Shown here: positions 59,761 through 64,000 of the stretch, one piece after another
Layout of the letters: every line of letters starts with the position of its first letter
Numbering within the stretch: the stretch's first letter is position 1
DNA from: Amoebidium appalachense
Lineage: Eukaryota; Protista; Ichthyosporea
Reading direction: 5' to 3'
Length of the DNA stretch: 64,000 nt
Assembly: GCA_963693365.1 (NCBI GenBank)
Contig: CAVNZM010000008.1
Location: 6,706,830 to 6,770,829 of the forward strand
Notes under the pieces: generated by a model
The model's database searches: none
What the model saw: the letters and a program-made list of their open reading frames with translations, nothing else
What the model was told of the DNA's origin: nothing
Position numbers and translations under genes: made by a program

Positions 59761-61339
59761 ACCCCACCTCTCCTCGTTATCCCCTCATCCCGGGGCCTCA
59801 TCCACAAACATACAACAGCCCCGCCCACAGGGTCAACCCAACCCATGCACACCTACAGCTATGATGCATTGAACACAAAATGTATATCGTCCCACGGGGA
59901 ATGTGATGTACAACATCAGTATGTGAATACGTGTATGACTGGTGTGTACTCTTATTAGACAGAGTAGCGCTGTGACTCACAACTGTTTGTTCTTGTGGGT
60001 GCCACCCCTTCGTTCACCACTCTCCTCCCCACCTCATCTGCCTTCCCCCACCCCTCCCCCCTCCCTCCCCCTTCCGCATCTCCCACCGTGCCCGCTGCGT
60101 GGACCCTAACCAGTCCTCCCCTCCCCGCTCCCCCCGGTCCCCCCCCCCCCCCCTCCCCCGATCCCCCCTTCTCCCCGCCTCCCCCTCCCCCCTGCCCTTC
60201 CCCACTCCCCCCCCCCCCCCCCCCCCCACCCCCTCAAAAAAAAAAACACCTCCCCACCACCCAACCAGGTGCCCCGAATTCCCCCGCAGGGCATCTGCCG
60301 GTTTGCGCAAATGTGGAACATCAGCACGTGCTGCAACATTCCAGAACATTCCTTCGTGGACGCTCACACCCTGGTAAACACCACGTCACTCCTGATCCCG
60401 GGAAGGAAAATCTACGTCTGCCAGCCACAAAACGGGAAATCATACTGCGAAATCCCGGATTTTGGAGACGTGAATGCCAATTTGTCGACGAGACTCGGAC
60501 AGAATGATACGGAGAGTGTGGGGAGTGGAATCTACGGGGATTTTAACTACGCCGTGAGGTTGGTGCATTTCTGGGCCACTGGCTACGAGGCATTGATAAT
60601 CATAAATGGCAACAGCGGGAATGGAAATCGGGATATGTCGTGGGAGCTGAACCTGTTTATCGAGAAGGCACGGATATTACGGGTTTATGGTGCAGCGATC
60701 AGAAGCGAAACCCCGATTGTCGTTGAGGGCCTCCGCACAGCAGACTATGGAAAGCACGGATTTTTTGGAACGGAAAACGGGTTCAGTGGGGCATCGACCG
60801 TGCAATTTACGGTTGCAGCCAGTGGTAAATACCACAGTAAAGCTATCCAAATAACAAATTTCAGGCAATTTGCAAACTACACTACCGTCACACACACCAC
60901 CCTGCAGCAGTCGGATGTGATCCAAGTGCCCCTGGATGCCGTATGGACAGAGCTTTCGACAAATCCGAATACAAAAATACCGAAAATTGTGTTTTGGACG
61001 TTTGTTGGGGTTTTTGCGCTTGGACTTGCTTTTGTTTTGGGGGCTTTTATTCTGAGGAAGGGTTGTAAATCGGAAAATGAAGACAACGAAGGACTTATTC
61101 CGGTGGAAATGACGGAGGAGCCAGAAGGGGGTTCCACCAACACAAGCAGCCACACGGAATCATGGGTTGCCAGCCAATCAAAATCCACCAATGGTGCGCC
61201 ACACTTAACACCATTGGAGGAATATCACGTGGGTGGGCCTTCTACCTCGGGTAATTGTGTGCAGAATGTAGATGTGAATGGTTGTGCATATGAGGGGGTT
61301 GAAAGGTCGGGGACCATAGTTGCAGGTTACTGCCACTAA
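57045..61339 (+). CDS. Type I membrane protein: signal peptide, GH19 chitinase-like domain, Cys-rich linker, CBM2-like domain, TM helix, cytoplasmic tail (~670 aa)
   Basis: Exons 57045-57279, 57980-58154, 58648-59078, 59819-~59918 and ~60269-61339. GH19 motifs EIAVLLGQISHETGG, YFGRGVLPLTWPCNY, LGLDLVNNPDLLA, SALLWW and GYFGNVTERI. TM helix IVFWTFVGVFALGLAFVLGAFIL followed by RK. The exon 4/5 junction is uncertain: it needs one extra C in the C5 run at 60281-60285 or an alternative donor. Confidence 0.85.
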
Positions 61340-61892
61340 TTGTGATGTCGGGAAAGGGAAAGAAAGCCAGGAATTTGAACTTACCGTTTTGCAGAGTAGA
61401 TAAACGACAGATTATTGGCTTGGTCCAAACACAAGTATGCAACAGAAGGATAATCACTTTCAGAAACATAGAGATGGCAACATGTGCATTGAGAGATGCC
61501 GATGCGAGTATTAAGCCTTAGTAATCACAGTTGTTTGATAACACGTTGCTTATCATTTATTCATTTACTTCATTTGCTCGTCATTTATTCATTAGAATTT
61601 GTACAACATGCCGCCCGAGTGTTCAAGATTGTTGGCGTTTTTTAGAGAGGTCGGTGTTGAGTTTTTATGCAGGTGCATCATAATGTGCAAGGGTAACAAT
61701 ACCAGCCTAACCATTTTTTCATTGAACCGCGTGACAAAATCCATAAGGTTTTTTAACACCCCACAGTACCGGGCTCACTCATGCTTGGTGGCCATTTATC
61801 CTCCACCTTCCCCTCCCCTCCCCCCCCTCCCCCCTCCCCCCCAAATACACACACACGTACGCACACACACACGCACACACGCACAAATGCAC

Positions 61893-61959
<67 letters not shown>

Positions 61960-62913
61960 GCACACTAATGGGGCCACAAGACACCCACGGCCTGCATTGT
62001 ACAAGGGTTAAAGTGCTAATGTTTTTTTGGGTGTTTCCGAACCGATCGCTTCTGTGCAAGTATTGTAACTCCTCACTACCCAAAGAGTAAATGGCTTAGG
62101 GGAAGGGGGATATGGGTGGGTGGGTGTTTGGGGGGGGGGGGGGGGGGGGGGGGGTAGAAAGACACTAAATTGCCATGTTCATAATACAGTATTTCCGTGT
62201 GCTGTCAACGGACAATTTCTACCTACTTTTGCAGTCTCATACCCAAGAATGGTACTACAGCCAGTATATCTCGATGTAATTATAGTATAATCAATCGGCT
62301 GTGCATTCTGTTTTATATTTATAGTTTAGCAATTGGGCCAGATGATTGGGGGCTGGGAGGAGGAGGGGGGGGGGGGGGGGGAGTGCAGGAGTGAGAAAGA
62401 AACCGAAAAGGGAGTGCAGGAGTGAGAAAGATAACGAAAGTTTCTATTTTTCTTTTTTCTTTATTTCTTTTCAGAAGTTCTCTCCCCCTTTTTTGGGGCG
62501 TGCGCAGGTGTGTGTGCTGCGCGCGTGCGTGTGCGCATCAGTGCACGTGCGTGTGGTGATGGTGGGTCAGGTGGTGGTGGTGGTGGAGTTAGGTGGACAA
62601 CCACGTGTACATGGGGTATATGGTTATGTAGCTGCTGTAGGGATGTCGGTAGAGTGCAGCAGCCAACCACATGCATATAAATATAACCATATATGGTAAG
62701 AGGTAGGCGATGTGGAGAATATTCGATTGCTCAAGACCTGGCAAATGACTAATAAATAACTAGCTATGAAGCCACGGTGAGCAAGTCTTAGTTGTGAATG
62801 CGCTCAGTCATTTGCTCGTGGTGTGGCACAACGTGAATGTATGAGGGCAGTGTGGGGCAATGTGTGTTTGGGCATGGCCCCGTTGTGTTGCCAGGAGCCT
62901 CTCCCTCTCCTCC

Positions 62914-62956
<43 letters not shown>

Positions 62957-63153
62957 CCCCCTCGCTGTCTCCACCCCACTCGCTCTCTCTCTCTCTCGCT
63001 CCCCCTCACACACTCTCTCTCTTCTCTCTCCCCCTCGTTCACTCTCTCTCACACTATCTCTCTATGTCTCTCTCTCTCTCTCTCCTCTCTCCCTTCCTCT
63101 CCCTCTCTCTCCTCCCCCCGCTCCCCCCCTTTCCCCCACCCTCTCTCTCTCTT

Positions 63154-63556
63154 AGGGCCCAACCACATCGACAGAGTCAACTTGCAAAAAGTAGAATTAT
63201 TCTGCAAAGGCAGAATTATTCTGCAAAAAGCAGAATTGTTCTGCCAAAAGCAGAATCACTCTGCTATTAGCAGAATTATTCTGCTTTTAGCAGAATCATT
63301 CCGTAAAAAGCAGAATTATTCTGCTTAAGGGCAGCAGAATAATTCTGCTTTAACTGCTTTAAACAGAATGATTCTGCTTTTAGCGGAATAATTCTGCTTT
63401 CAGCAGATTCAGATTGATTCTGCTTTTGCAGAATTTCTGCTTTTGCTGAATAAATCTGCTATTAGCATAATAATTCTGCTGTTTACAGAATAATTCTGCT
63501 TTTTGCAGAATAATTCTGCTCGAAGCAAGTTGACTCAGCCGATGTGGTTGGGCCCT
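63154..63556. mobile_element. Foldback-type non-autonomous DNA transposon (~400 bp)
   Basis: 32-bp TIR with 2 mismatches (AGGGCCCAACCACATCG.C.GAGTCAACTTGC). The interior is an array of ~20-bp near-palindromic AGCAGAATTATTCTGC units whose orientation flips near 63330. Confidence 0.9.
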
Positions 63557-64000
63557 TCTCTTCCCCCCTCCCCTCTCCTCCCACCCCCCACCCCTCTCTG
63601 TCTCTCTCTCTCTCCCCCCCCCCCCTCCCCCTCCCTTCCCCCCTTTATGATCTCTTTCTCTCTCTTTCTCCCTCGCTCCATTCCCCCTCCACCCCCCTCC
63701 CCCCTCTGTCTATTTCTCCCCCCCCTCCCCTCCCTCCCCCCCCCCGCCCTCTCTCTCTCGCTCTCTCTCCCCCCCCCACACACACACCGACCCACTTACT
63801 CACTCAGTCCATGTATCATTATAATGATATAGCACACCACCACCAACATCACAACATAAACAAAGGTGCTGCTTAGGCAAATAGAGACTCCCATTTGTAT
63901 TTATTGTCATCATCGTCGGGCTCTCAGACTGCCAGCCATGGCATAAAATCAATTCCTGTATTAACTCTTTTCTCCCAAGGGAGCCCCCCTCCACCCCCCA

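Overview
Intron-rich eukaryotic genomic DNA, probably from a unicellular opisthokont such as an ichthyosporean (inferred from the animal/fungal-type CYP51, Nup62 and the human-like tRNA-Gly; not provable from this window). Introns and intergenic DNA are saturated with poly-C/poly-G runs and (CA)n/(GT)n microsatellites, so most entries in the ORF track are artefacts. Content from left to right: (1) the 5' part of a Ty3/gypsy LTR retrotransposon on the minus strand (LTR, gag with CCHC knuckle, protease, RT running off the left edge). (2) A diverged copy of part of that LTR, split by two hAT-type non-autonomous elements; the larger one carries a nested Crypton-like hairpin element. (3) A 15-exon CYP51 sterol 14-alpha-demethylase with a Kolobok-like MITE in one intron. 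(4) A 3-exon GPI-anchored surface protein built from two copies of an unrecognised Cys-containing domain. (5) tRNA-Gly(CCC). (6) A 24-exon, ~20 kb Nup62/Nsp1 FG-nucleoporin on the minus strand. (7) A BTB/POZ + beta-propeller pseudogene. (8) A possible tRNA-derived SINE. (9) A 5-exon gene for a signal peptide-GH19 chitinase-like-CBM2-like-transmembrane protein with a cytoplasmic tail, the most unusual protein here. (10) A 0.4 kb foldback element. Gene models were built by hand from splice signals and frame continuity. Single-base frameshifts in homopolymers suggest assembly errors.
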